64,000 nt of DNA, from assembly GCF_009914755.1 (NCBI RefSeq), contig NC_060930.1. The stretch is one strand, 5' to 3'. Origin of the DNA: the human T2T-CHM13v2.0 reference genome, Homo sapiens. Below are positions 15,341 to 26,586 of this stretch, in pieces. A model generated the notes under the pieces. That model saw nothing but the letters and a program-made list of their open reading frames with translations. It ran no database searches and was not told the DNA's origin. Within the stretch, counting starts at the first letter, position 1; every line of letters starts with the position of its first letter. The position numbers and the translations under genes were made by a program.

Positions 15341-15614
15341 TAACAATCTGAATCAGCTTCATTTGCACAAATTCTTGTTTATCACGTTTATGCAGCTATC
15401 CCTGCCTTGATTTAGACACAGCGTTTCTAATAATGAGGCTCAGAAAATGATTTGTCTTGCCTGCATCCCTGTCCTGTGAGTCCTTGCTGGGTAGTTCAGC
15501 AGCACCCCACCCTACCCCATTAAGTTCCAGTCTCAGCTCTCTGAACTGACTGCATTTACTCCTCTAACAAACACTTCCATTGCTATTTCTGTGGTAGGTG
15601 ACCATTCTTATGTT

Positions 15615-15830
15615 GTTAATAATAATAGTAGCTAACTCTTTGAGCACTTACCGTGTGCTAAGTATTATGTTAAGTGTTTTTATGGACTGTTATGTGTGAT
15701 CCTAAACAAAGCCATGAGTACTATTATTGTCATCTTCATTGTACAGATGAGGAAACTGAGGCAGTGTGTTACATACATTCTCCAAGATCACACACAAAGT
15801 TGGGCTTTGAACCCAGCTCCTCTCACAGTG
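15615..15830 (-). mobile_element. MIR SINE
   Basis: ttgagcacttac...cattgtacagatgaggaaactgaggc...tttgaacccag. Confidence 0.8.
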
Positions 15831-16289
15831 TGGGCCCCAGCTCTGGGCAAAGGATAGCTGGAAACTCCATCAACTGAGAAATTCCTCTGTTTTCCTTCAG
15901 AAGGTCTAGTCTTTTGAAAGAGCTCACATTCTCTCCCTTTTTCTTGGGTTTAGAGGAAGAGGTTTCCCTGTTCTTTTTTTGGGCTTGCTTCCCCTCCTGG
16001 GCATCTCACTCACAAATTCCAGGGGCTGGATTAAATTTGTCTGGGATCCAAAGCAGTAAAAAGATATAGTGCTCTCCCCAATATGATTTAATTCAAAATT
16101 AAAACAGTGGGGAACTGTAAAATCATCCAAGGAAGTCCAATAACATCCTGATTCTTTGTATGTTGAAGATTTAAACAAATTCTAGTTTTTTGGAAGGCTT
16201 TGCCACTAATACATATGCCTACACACATACAGAGGCAGAGGGCGAAACAAATTAGTGAATGGAGGGAAGCAGCTCTGTTTATGACAACT

Positions 16290-16810
16290 CATTTTTATCG
16301 AGCCCATAATGACTTACTGAGTGACTGACAGTCAGGGCCTGTTCTAGGCCCTGTGGATGGTAAAGTGAAGCAAACAGAGCCCCTTTTCTCATAGAGCTTC
16401 CATTCTAGTGTGGAGAGATAGACAGTAAACAATCAAGCAAATATAAATATTTAACATGCCAGGTGGTGGTATGTACTATAAAGAAAAATAAAGTCAGCAT
16501 GTGGCATCATGGCGATTGAGTGACTGCTGGGGGTTGTTTCATGTGCAGTGGGAAGCAAAGGCCTCACTAGAAGGGGACATTTGAACAGAGACCTGAAGGA
16601 AGAGAGGGAGCTGCCCAGCAGAGATGTGGGGAACAGCATTCCAGGTGGAGGGAACAGCAATGGCAAAGGCACTGAGGACTACATTCTCAGTGTGTGTGAA
16701 CAACAAGAAAGCTGGAAGAGCTAAGCCCATGAGGGAGCAGGAGGTGGAACAGATGAGCCCAGGGAGGCCCTGGGGATCCTGTTGGAACTTGCAGCTGGCG
16801 ATGCACTCCA
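16290..16810 (-). mobile_element. L2 fragment
   Basis: gacatttgaacagagacctgaagga, ggaacagcattccaggtggagggaacagc. Confidence 0.75.
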
Positions 16811-17025
16811 TAGGCAGAAAGCATGTCAGCTACTGAGTAACCAGTACTGAGTTCTTCTTGGGGGACTGGTTGAAATGCTATCTGGTTTGTGAAGGGGAAG
16901 GGTGGTTGATAGAACAGATAAGTGTATACACACAGGGCAGAAGCCAGTTAGCAAAAAGGATGAAAACTTTTGCCTTGGCGATGCCAAGGGGAGAGCAGGG
17001 ACCGAGAAAGCAGTTAGACACTGTG

Positions 17026-17026
<1 letters not shown>

Positions 17027-17080
<54 letters not shown>
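17027..17080. repeat. (TG)n microsatellite
   Basis: About 27 alternating purine-pyrimidine dinucleotides. Confidence 0.97.
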
Positions 17081-17083
<3 letters not shown>

Positions 17084-17873
17084 GGGGGGTTGGTGAGGGT
17101 GGGGGTGCTGTGCAGTGCATCTACTTTTATTTTTGATTTTAGGCATTTGCTCTGCACTCTGAACCTTAAAATTTTATTACATTGCTTCCTTTCCATTATA
17201 AAAAAGAAAATAGTCATGTGTTCTCATCTGATTTGGGGCTCTGGCTTGAGCAGATGATGCTTCTACTTGGCTTGGCATACCATTCTTCAGGACCAGTGTC
17301 TGAAAGGAGGCCTGTGACTCTTCCTACCCACTAAATACAACCAAGCCCAGGGTGCAGTTACAGCTCAGTAGCCTACGAAAACAGGGAAAGCAGGACAATA
17401 AGCTGACTACATTTTGTGTCTCAAATTTATTGTGGTACCTTGTTTGTCACCAATAAATATTTGTCAAACTAAATGAGATAAAGAATCCATATTGGCCCCA
17501 GGGCTTCATTAATTCTTTTGTCAAATCTTTCCTCTGTACGCACTGCATGTCAGACACTGTTGTAGGCACTGGAGATTCCGAGGAGGAAAGACAATGTCCT
17601 GCCCTCAGGAACTTCCATTTGAAGTGTCTCTACCGAGCTCCCTACCACAGTGCTCATGACAGTGGCTGCTTCTTGGTAGTTCCTGATACCCTCCAAGGAT
17701 GGCAGAAGTAGGAATCTCTTGATGCTTCTTTTCAAATATGAAATTCTTCCAAAAATGTTTTTCTCATTTTTTTTGGTGTCCCTGTTCTTCCAGAGCCCCA
17801 AATGTGTGCTTTGCATGCTTTTGGGTAACCCTGTATGAACAGTGGGAATTGACCCGAAGCCATTGTTTACTGA

Positions 17874-18220
<347 letters not shown>

Positions 18221-18243
18221 CCAGACTTTTCTGAATAGAGTGA

Positions 18244-18426
18244 TGCTGTGGGTTGAGTGTGTCCCCCATTGATATGTTAAAGTCCTAACCTCAGTACTTA
18301 GGACGTGACCTTATTTAGAAATAGGGTTGCAGACATAATGAATAAAGCTAAGATGAGGTCATGCTGGAGTGGTATGGGCCCTTATATCCAATACGACTTG
18401 GGTCTTTATAAGAAGAGGACACAGAA
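18244..18426 (+). mobile_element. MLT1-type MaLR LTR fragment
   Basis: tgctgtgggttgagtgtgtcccc...gtgaccttatttagaaataggg...aagatgaggtcat. Confidence 0.75.
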
Positions 18427-18827
18427 ACATAGCATCCTTGTTATGAAGACCTGACTTTACAAATACAATAAAAAAAACTCAGACTGTGATAGAAAAAAAT
18501 GCCCAGAGTTGTCTCACTCATTGCAGGCTGCATAGAAGTAACCAGGTGATGCTTTAGGACCTGGAAGAGAAACCTCCTTCCTGGATCACCCTCTCTTGGC
18601 TGAACATTAGTCTTTTTTTCTTTCTTTTTTTTTTTTTTTACAGGAACAGATGTGTGTCTCCTAGAAGTCTACAAAATTATACTTTTTACACACATTCTCA
18701 AATTTAGACACAGTCTCAAACTCACCATTTAATAAAGATATTGCTGAATCAGGTAGCATGTTGATACATTAAGATACCTTACTTTTTATAATACTGCAAT
18801 TTATACATGAGAGAAATGGGCACGAAC

Positions 18828-19081
18828 CTTGGCAGGCTCCAGGGCTCCTGGAGGGCCTGTCCCTCTGCCCCAAAGGCCTCCAGTAGCGCTGCTGTCCAGT
18901 CTCCTGCTGCCCGGATGTGCACGCTGAAAAAGTCTTCCTGGGGGGCAGAGGTAAGGGTGAAGGGGTGCCACTCCAGCGAAGATATGGCTGGGCACTGCAC
19001 CAAGATGTACTGCCCTGGCGCCATTTTAAAGCCACGCTTTTTCATGTGAAGTTCCAGGACTCCAGAGGGGTGGCTTACCAC
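18828..19081 (-). CDS. NOX3: NOX3 exon 9 (FAD-binding domain, [11 protein letters not shown])
   Basis: Acceptor CATAG, donor AAG|GTTCGT; 254 nt. Confidence 0.97.
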
Positions 19082-20876
19082 CTATGTGAGAGTGAGAGAG
19101 TTGTTTGCCTTTGTCCTCAAAATAATAAAGAAACACCTTTCATTCCATCAAAGGTGTTGAAAATTTTAGATCAGCTTGTTTCAGGTGTAATTTACATATC
19201 CCATCTGCTGTTAGCTCCCAAAGATATGTGCCATCGCTTTCACATCTGTGTTTGCAACTCCAGCAAGAATGATGCTCCTCTCCTTCAGAGGGTGGCATTT
19301 GAAATAGCTGCACCCAGGTGCAATTGGTGCCCAGCATGTGAGTCCATGTGTCCAATGGCCAGGCTTTCCACAGCACAGTCAACCAGACCCAAGACAGTAG
19401 AAGCTTGCATATTATTATGCTTAGGGTTATTAAAATAAGTCACCACATTATCTCTGTGTTTTTAACATCTAGGAACATTTTGTTACCTTTTTCAATGATC
19501 TGCATCTTTTCTCAATGTCTTGTGAATTAACCCTCTTATTTCTTCAGGCTAAGTGAAAAACAATCTTCAAACTCACTTCAAACTCTTTTCTTGTTTTGTT
19601 TTCTTTTTGGTTGAGTCTCATCCTGTGTCCTGACTCCGCTCTGAGTTTTAGATGTAGGGAAGCATTGGACAAGGTTTCTAGTAGTGTTTATAAAAGCTTT
19701 ATGACTTACTGCTTATCAGAGGGAAAGAGCTAATTTCCCTTCTTAGATTTCAATCTTGTTTCCTGAAAAATCTCTCCAGGCCCTCCTGTCTTCTTTTGTG
19801 ACAAGAGGTATAAGGGAACAAAATCTAGCATCTAGATACTGTGACAGTATTTTTCCGTTCAAAAGAGAATTTCACAGCATTTTCATCATTGGTTCTAAGT
19901 TTTCCCTCTCCCTACTGGTATCTGTTCTGACATTGCTGTTAAATGGTCTCCCTCGTAACAGCTCGAGTAGGTTTCCAGAAGTTTTACAGTCTAGCTTTTG
20001 ATACAGCCTGACATCCTTTGGTGCTTAACTTAAAAACAGCAACACAGAAACAGCTTAAAGCAGAAATAGGAAGCAATTTCTATACATCTGCTTTCATGAA
20101 GGCGGCTACAGAGATACAGGATTCTGTTAAAATTGTATTAGCAAAGTGGGATAGGCTTGGCTAACGGAGAGTTTCTTCTTGGACATTTCAAAAGCTGGGG
20201 GAGAGTATTTGGCACCTTTTCACTCTCCTAGGCATGCATTTTTTTGGTCTTGGTCTACCCCTTCCCGTCTTCCTCCAGCAAGAGGTAAACATTGTGAGGA
20301 CGTAGAGATGTGAGGATGGGGAGCAAGACTGAAAAATGCTACCAGGAGCATGCTGCTCATGAGGGTAGAACTCTATCTTCATCCTTCATCTCCATTTTTC
20401 TTCCCCACAGTGGTCCCTCTTGCTCTGAACCTTATGGTGACTGTTTCCCTTTCCTCTGCTTGGTAGTCCCCAGTGAGAGTGTATAGATTTGAAAATGTTA
20501 TTTGTTTGCAAAATTTGTGCCTTTACGTGGTGAAGAAGTGATTATCCTTCAAGTCACTATGACCCATGTAAAGTACACTCACTCCCCTTGCATTTCCCCC
20601 TAGAGAGAAAGCAAAATAAAGACAAAGCAGATCATTCCAGTGCTGTACAATAAACCTTTATCAGAATTCTGTGTGCCGTCTGGAGCCCTGATCCCTGTCT
20701 TCAGCAAAATTAGCCACACTAAAAGATGCTCAGGATACAAGCAATTATTAGAACAGAAGATGAGCCTCTAAATTACAGACAGTTCTGCAATAAAAATGGC
20801 AAATTAAAAATTTGGGCTAATAAAAAATTTTCATCTACACTCAGGCTTTTATTCAGACATAAAGCTACATGCATAC

Positions 20877-20969
20877 CTTGGTAATGACAACTTCTTGTTG
20901 AAATCGCCAGAACCTAATTATTCTTTCACATGCATACAAGACCACAGGGCCTAAAATCCATTTCCAAGC
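20877..20969 (-). CDS. NOX3: NOX3 exon 8 ([31 protein letters not shown]; last TM helix)
   Basis: Acceptor CTTCAG after a (CT)n tract, donor GTATGC; 93 nt. Confidence 0.97.
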
Positions 20970-21445
20970 CTGAAGAGAGTAGCAGAGAGAGAGAGAAAAA
21001 GGAAATGAAAATAGAATCCAAATATTTTCAATTTGAACCAAATCAATATACAACATGATGGGGATTAGATATTTTTCCTTTAACTTTGGGCCAGTTATCA
21101 GCAACAAAGATGTCTCCTTGTATTATATACTATAACATTCAATTATTTATTGAAGTCTACAAGCTTATTTAAGAGATTAAACTCTTCTATATTGGTTTTT
21201 ATGCTTACTTGATCAATGATGCCTTTATGTAATTAGAAATAATTGAATTTGCAAAGAAATAAAAAAGCAGATTGATGTTTATATTACATATGATAGGGTC
21301 GTAAATGCTCCCAAACTCAAGCCAAAGTCAAAGCTACATTACTCACCCAACACAGGACATAAGAAATTACATTTTAAAATCTCAAATAGTAATTTTTTGG
21401 GCCAAGAATGCATCACAACTACAGGGTCTGCCTGAATAAACACAG

Positions 21446-21447
<2 letters not shown>

Positions 21448-21488
<41 letters not shown>
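21448..21488. repeat. (AC)n microsatellite
   Basis: About 20 AC units. Confidence 0.97.
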
Positions 21489-21491
<3 letters not shown>

Positions 21492-22090
21492 ATTTGGAGT
21501 AAAATATAAAGTCAATTTCCTGGCACCTTAAATTTAAGTTTATCTAATCACAGCAAAAGGCTCAATAATTGTCTAGAGAATTGTGATGGTGAAAATGTCC
21601 ATTTTAAACAAATCAGATGCTATGTTAACTTTTGATGAGTATAATGTGCATTACTGATGATCAATTTACCAGCAGGCTATTGTATCAGGAGCTCTGTACA
21701 ACATAAGGTGTCTTCCTCAGTGAAAGGGAAGAAATGGGAAGTTACAATTTTTGAAGAGTTCTATTTGTACTGAACAATCCCATGAGGCATATGTATTACC
21801 TTGATTTTACAGAGGAAGGAGTTAAGACTCAGTCAGATCAACCAAATTGTCCAAGGTCATAAAGGGACGAAGGTGTTTCGTAGAGATGTGAACTCAGGTA
21901 TGCCTGACTACCCAGCCTGAGTTCTTACCAGGACCCCAGGCTACCTCCCATGTGCATTGCCATATTATCGTGGTCCTTTCTGTCCAGCGCTAAATTGATA
22001 CTGAGGCTTGTTTTCCAAAACATTAGAAACTCATGAACTCATTGAATTTTAGGATACTGCATGCTCTTGGAAATCTACTCTAATTCTTTT

Positions 22091-22263
22091 TTTTCTTTTT
22101 AAAATTTTTATTGTTTTCAATAGACAAATAATAATTGTATATATTCACGAGGTACATAGTGATGTTTTGATACATACAATGTATCATGATAAGGTCAGGG
22201 TAAATTACTCTATCCATCATCTCAAACACTGATTATTTCTTTGTATTGGGAACATTCAATATC
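22091..22263 (-). mobile_element. 5'-truncated L1 (L1MA-like) 3' end
   Basis: Poly-T, taattgtatatatt...tgatgttttgatacat; 13-bp flanking repeat ctctaattctttt. Confidence 0.8.
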
Positions 22264-22866
22264 CTCTAATTCTTTTAGAATTAAAAGAAGGAAAATCCTG
22301 ACATTCTGGGAATGGGTCTGAGTTGCCTGGAGAGTCTGAGGTGGACCAGAGATAGCCAGGGCCAGAACTCAAGCCTTTTCATATGTCCCTACACTTCCTC
22401 CTAGGTTTTCTAAATCCACCACCTTACTCCTTGAATAGTATCTGGGGCGGGGGGTGGGGGCAGGAAGGATGTCTCGGTCTTCAGAACTCAGACATTCACC
22501 ACCCCTCCCCGATTGACTCATTACTCAGTGCTCCCTGACCAGTCATCTGGCTCTGTCTCTTCTGTTGATGGGTCACAAGTCTTTTAGCATTATTTTTACT
22601 TCCTTTGAGTCACCTTTCTCGTTTTGTCTATTGCTTTTTGTTGATTTCTGGGTCTCTTCGCATGGTCCCTCTTCTCACCTACATCAACCCTCTCTGCTTT
22701 TTTTCCTGGGGGGGCTCTTGGCCTCATAAAAGCTAGACCTATGGGGGCAACACAAGGCAACACAATTTGACCCACTTATTTTTTCTGCCTCAGTAGGGCC
22801 CAGCAATGTGTTCAGAACAGCAAAGAGAATAAACCTTTTGTCCCCCTATGCTGTGGATGAGGTGGT

Positions 22867-23177
22867 GAAGATGAACAGAGTAAGGGAAATCTAGGAAGCG
22901 TCCCTGGGAAAGATGGGGTTGGACCGAGCAAAGGAATCCTTAGGTCTCTTATGCTTGAATGAACCAGAAAGCTTTTTGAGAATTGCTTTGGATGTTTATA
23001 GAAATGAGAGCAAGAATGCAGTTCTTTCTAAATGGGCTAAAAGAGATACTGGCAAAGACACTCAGTCTTCATATATTTTTACAAATAATCTTCCCCACCC
23101 ATTTTAGAGAGTTTGGGGCATCACAAACTTCATTTTGGTGATGTCAAATCAGACACGATCTCTGATATTTTCCACGT
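22867..23177 (+). repeat. 311-bp direct duplication, copy A
   Basis: Ungapped match to 24490-24800, about 10 substitutions. Confidence 0.97.
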
Positions 23178-24489
23178 TGATAAAATGTAATGGATTATTT
23201 TTCTTTCCATGGTTCAGGTAGGAGAATACAAGCTATTAATCCCCGACTCCATCTCAATCTTAGTATATCCTTTGCTCCGGGAGGAAGTAGCCAGTGTCGT
23301 TACCTGTGTTGTGCCTGGAGCCCCTGGAAGTCAGGGCCTGAGGGAGAGATGGCCAGGGATGAATATTAGGAAACTGTCCTTGCAGTGATACCCGGGACAG
23401 ACAAGAGAGAATCAAGACAAGGAGGCCTTGATTCAGAGCAAGAGGGCCGTGTGTCAAAGTAGATGCTAGGCTGGGTGTCTGAAGACCTGGATTCTGGCCT
23501 TGGGGCCACCACCCCTCACTCTGTGCCACTAGGCACATCTTGAGATTTATTATGTTCATAACGTCCTGTTTTGTAAAATGGGAACTAGCTGGAGAAAATT
23601 ATTATTTAGTTCCCTCCAAGCTCTTAAACACTTTGGCTTTATTCACAGAGATAAGTAGAACGTTGGGGCTATGTACTTGTAGCAGCTAGCAGCAGAGTGC
23701 TGACAAAATGGCGGTTATGGAAGCCAGAGACTTAGAGTGAATGCTGTGAATGGAGGAGAAAGTTCATGGCCACAGAGTTAGGGGCTCTGGTTCTTTAAGG
23801 TGGCTTTACTGGGAATGCTTTTTGTGACCATGGGTAAGACACTGAAACTGCTTGGACCTCAATTTCCTCAGCTATTAAATAATGGGGAAGAACTATTTAG
23901 TATCTAAGTTTCCTTAATGCTAAAATACTCCGTGGCTTCTTGGCTTTCTTTTCTTCTTCTTCAAAAAATGCTCAAAAAGTCACGCTACAGTGAGTATTTT
24001 ATGATAGAAATAAAACGATGTTGATTCAAAAGCAGCAATAATGAAACTTGTTTCCTTCACTTTCACTCCTGGTTTTTCATTCCTACCAGAAAATAAGAAC
24101 ATGCTGGCTTTGATTTTATTTTATGTGTGTGTTTATGAATAGCCTCTTTTTCTAGACAATCAGATCTCCTGGGGCAGGTCCCACGTGTCTGAATCCTGTC
24201 TACTGCATTGCCAAGCAATGCACTTAGGCACTCGGTGAAGTTCGCTGAATTGACTCTACCTCCATCAGGGCTTTCTCCTTTACCACTAACAGCTTTCCCT
24301 AGTAATTACGAAGTGTCAGCCTTATGGTTACGATGAGTTGATGCTGTGGTTAAATGACATAAAGTGCTTCTCCGGCCTAGGACGACCAGGCATCTTTTGA
24401 GACTGGATTGCATCAGCAGCAAACCAGGAATCTGGAGTCCTGTATTTGTCAGTGCATTTGGGCTGGAAAGGGAGACTGAGACAAGCTGC

Positions 24490-24800
24490 GAAGATGAACA
24501 GAGTAAGGGAAATGTAGGAAGCGTCCCTGGGAAGGATGGGGTTGGACCGAGCAAAGGAATCCTTAGGTCTCTTATGCTTGAATGAACCAGAAAGCTTTTT
24601 GAGAATTGCTTTGGATGTTTACAGAAATGAGAGCAAGAATGCAGTTCTTTCTAAATGGGCCAGAAGAGATATTGGCAAAGACACTCAGTCTTCATATATT
24701 TTTACAAATAATCTTCCCCACCCATTTTAGAGAGTTTGGGGCATCACACACTTCATTTTGGTGATGTCAAATCAGACCTGGTCTCTGATATTTTCCACGT
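24490..24800 (+). repeat. 311-bp direct duplication, copy B
   Basis: Offset 1623 bp from copy A. Confidence 0.97.
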
Positions 24801-26456
24801 AAGACAAGTAGGGGAGGAGGGACTGCCGGGTATAGTTGGTTTCTTTAATCAGTTCCATTTACACGAGGTGAGGTACAAAGCGTTATCTGTCCTAACACTG
24901 GGAACAGTGAACCGCTGAAGGAGAAATGATACATATTCTATTGATCAGAGCACCGTGAAAACGCCCTGAGTTAAGAGAGGCAAGGGAAGAGAAATGGAGC
25001 TTTGTAGAGACCGAGTAGGTGTGGTGCAGTGAAGCGCAGGAACCCTTCCTTGTCCTTGGGATGCCTTTCGGATTCAGTGTCTATAAGACATCAGAGAGAA
25101 TATCGTACAGTTCAGCCAAGCGGTAATTGCATAGCCCACACACGCTTTGAATCAGGATCCATTACAAATAATGGGAGAGAGTGACACCCTGAGTTTGGGT
25201 GTGCAAGGAAGTGGAGCAGGGGAGAGTTAGAGAGAGATGAGCAAGGCCCCCTCTTAATGATAATTAATGCCGGCAAACGCTGCTGGGAGCAGGCCCTGGT
25301 CTGTATTCATGAGGTGTGGGGGAGTATTGATTTTTTTATGGAGATGCTGTAGCTGAAAATTTTAGAGAGGTATTCATGTTCCTCATTAATATGCAGGTTG
25401 GATAGTGGCTACTGAGAGTTGAGTTTAAGACAGAGACAATCTATACCGGCCATTAAAAGAACCACAGTCTAACGGGCATATCTATTCCGGTTCTCTCGGT
25501 TTTAATCATTCCTCCTAGTACTTTCACCCTTAAAATCCAGTGCTTAATTTAATATATTTGAGGGTTTTTTTTTAAACAACGCAATCACTTATATTCTTCA
25601 TATGTTGATGACTTAATTTCCTAAATCTTCATCATTTGTATACTATTATACCCTGTTATTCCATGTTTTAAGTGATGTATTTTTGGACACTTATTTCCTC
25701 CTACTGTTTATCTGCCAGATGCATTTATTTTCTTTCAAGCATCACTTGGTTGTCCCAAAGATTTGCACTGTTCTAAGATACCAGAAGAGGCCAGATAGGA
25801 ATATTACTTCTCTTTCCCTATGCTACCAACTGTAATGGTTACCACCTACCCGGGAAATCTGACTTTTCAGATCTGTGGACATTATCATCTACACAAATTA
25901 ATTAAGTATCTTCTTGGCTAACATCATCATTATTTCAGTTACAGGAGCTTAATTAGAACAAGAAGTAAATGCGTTTGACACACTAAGTTTTTGATCCTTG
26001 AAGTTGTCAAAAGAAAGAAGGCAAGCTTATAAAGAAGCCCTGAGCCTCATTTGGCTGTTCATTGACCTAGGTTTGAGCAGGGGTGCCAGTAATTCTCAGA
26101 CTGGGATGGAAGTTATGCAGAGGACAGGTGGCTAAGGATGCAGGGAGCACAAAGAAGGGTGGTGAGGCCCAAGGCTGACTCCTCCAGGGACATCATTGTG
26201 CTGTTATGAATTCCCACCATATCAGACACTAGTATTTAAAGGTAAGTAGAAGAATACATTTCAAAGCTGAACATAGTGCTTTTGGCAGTAAACCTCTTTA
26301 AAAATTATCTGTAACTTGATTTCTCCATTAGCACACTTAATAAAGAGTTGGCTTTGTCTAGTGGTGAAATGTGCTTTCTTTTTTCCAAGCCTATAAAAAC
26401 TCTGTATTTTAACTGTGGTGACATTTATTTTTAAAAGCTCCTGGGTTCATTCTTAC

Positions 26457-26586
26457 CGAGGGTTCCTTGCCAGAAAATTGAGGCACGGGGCATTGGGCCA
26501 CTGTCTGCCATTCTGCATAGCGGTCTCTACAGAAGGTGATGTTGTGCAGAGAGAGACTGTCTTGGGTTTGGCCTCGAACAATCCGA
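26457..26586 (-). CDS. NOX3: NOX3 exon 7 (RIVRGQT...QFSGKEPS)
   Basis: AAG acceptor, donor GTAAGA; 130 nt; frame continuous with exons 6 and 8. Confidence 0.95.

Noticed and set aside
16826-17257. HT/VC-repeat ORFs
   Set aside because: Translations of the (TG)n microsatellite
18917-19438. 173-aa + strand ORF
   Set aside because: Antisense shadow of exon 9; no recognisable domain
22913-24730. Two near-identical 64-aa ORFs (paralogous gene pair?)
   Set aside because: By-product of the 311-bp duplication; no splice, promoter or homology support
22867-24800. Direct repeats as LTRs of a small retroelement
   Set aside because: No TG...CA termini, PBS/PPT or element-flanking TSD; the interior holds ordinary MIR/L2-like fragments
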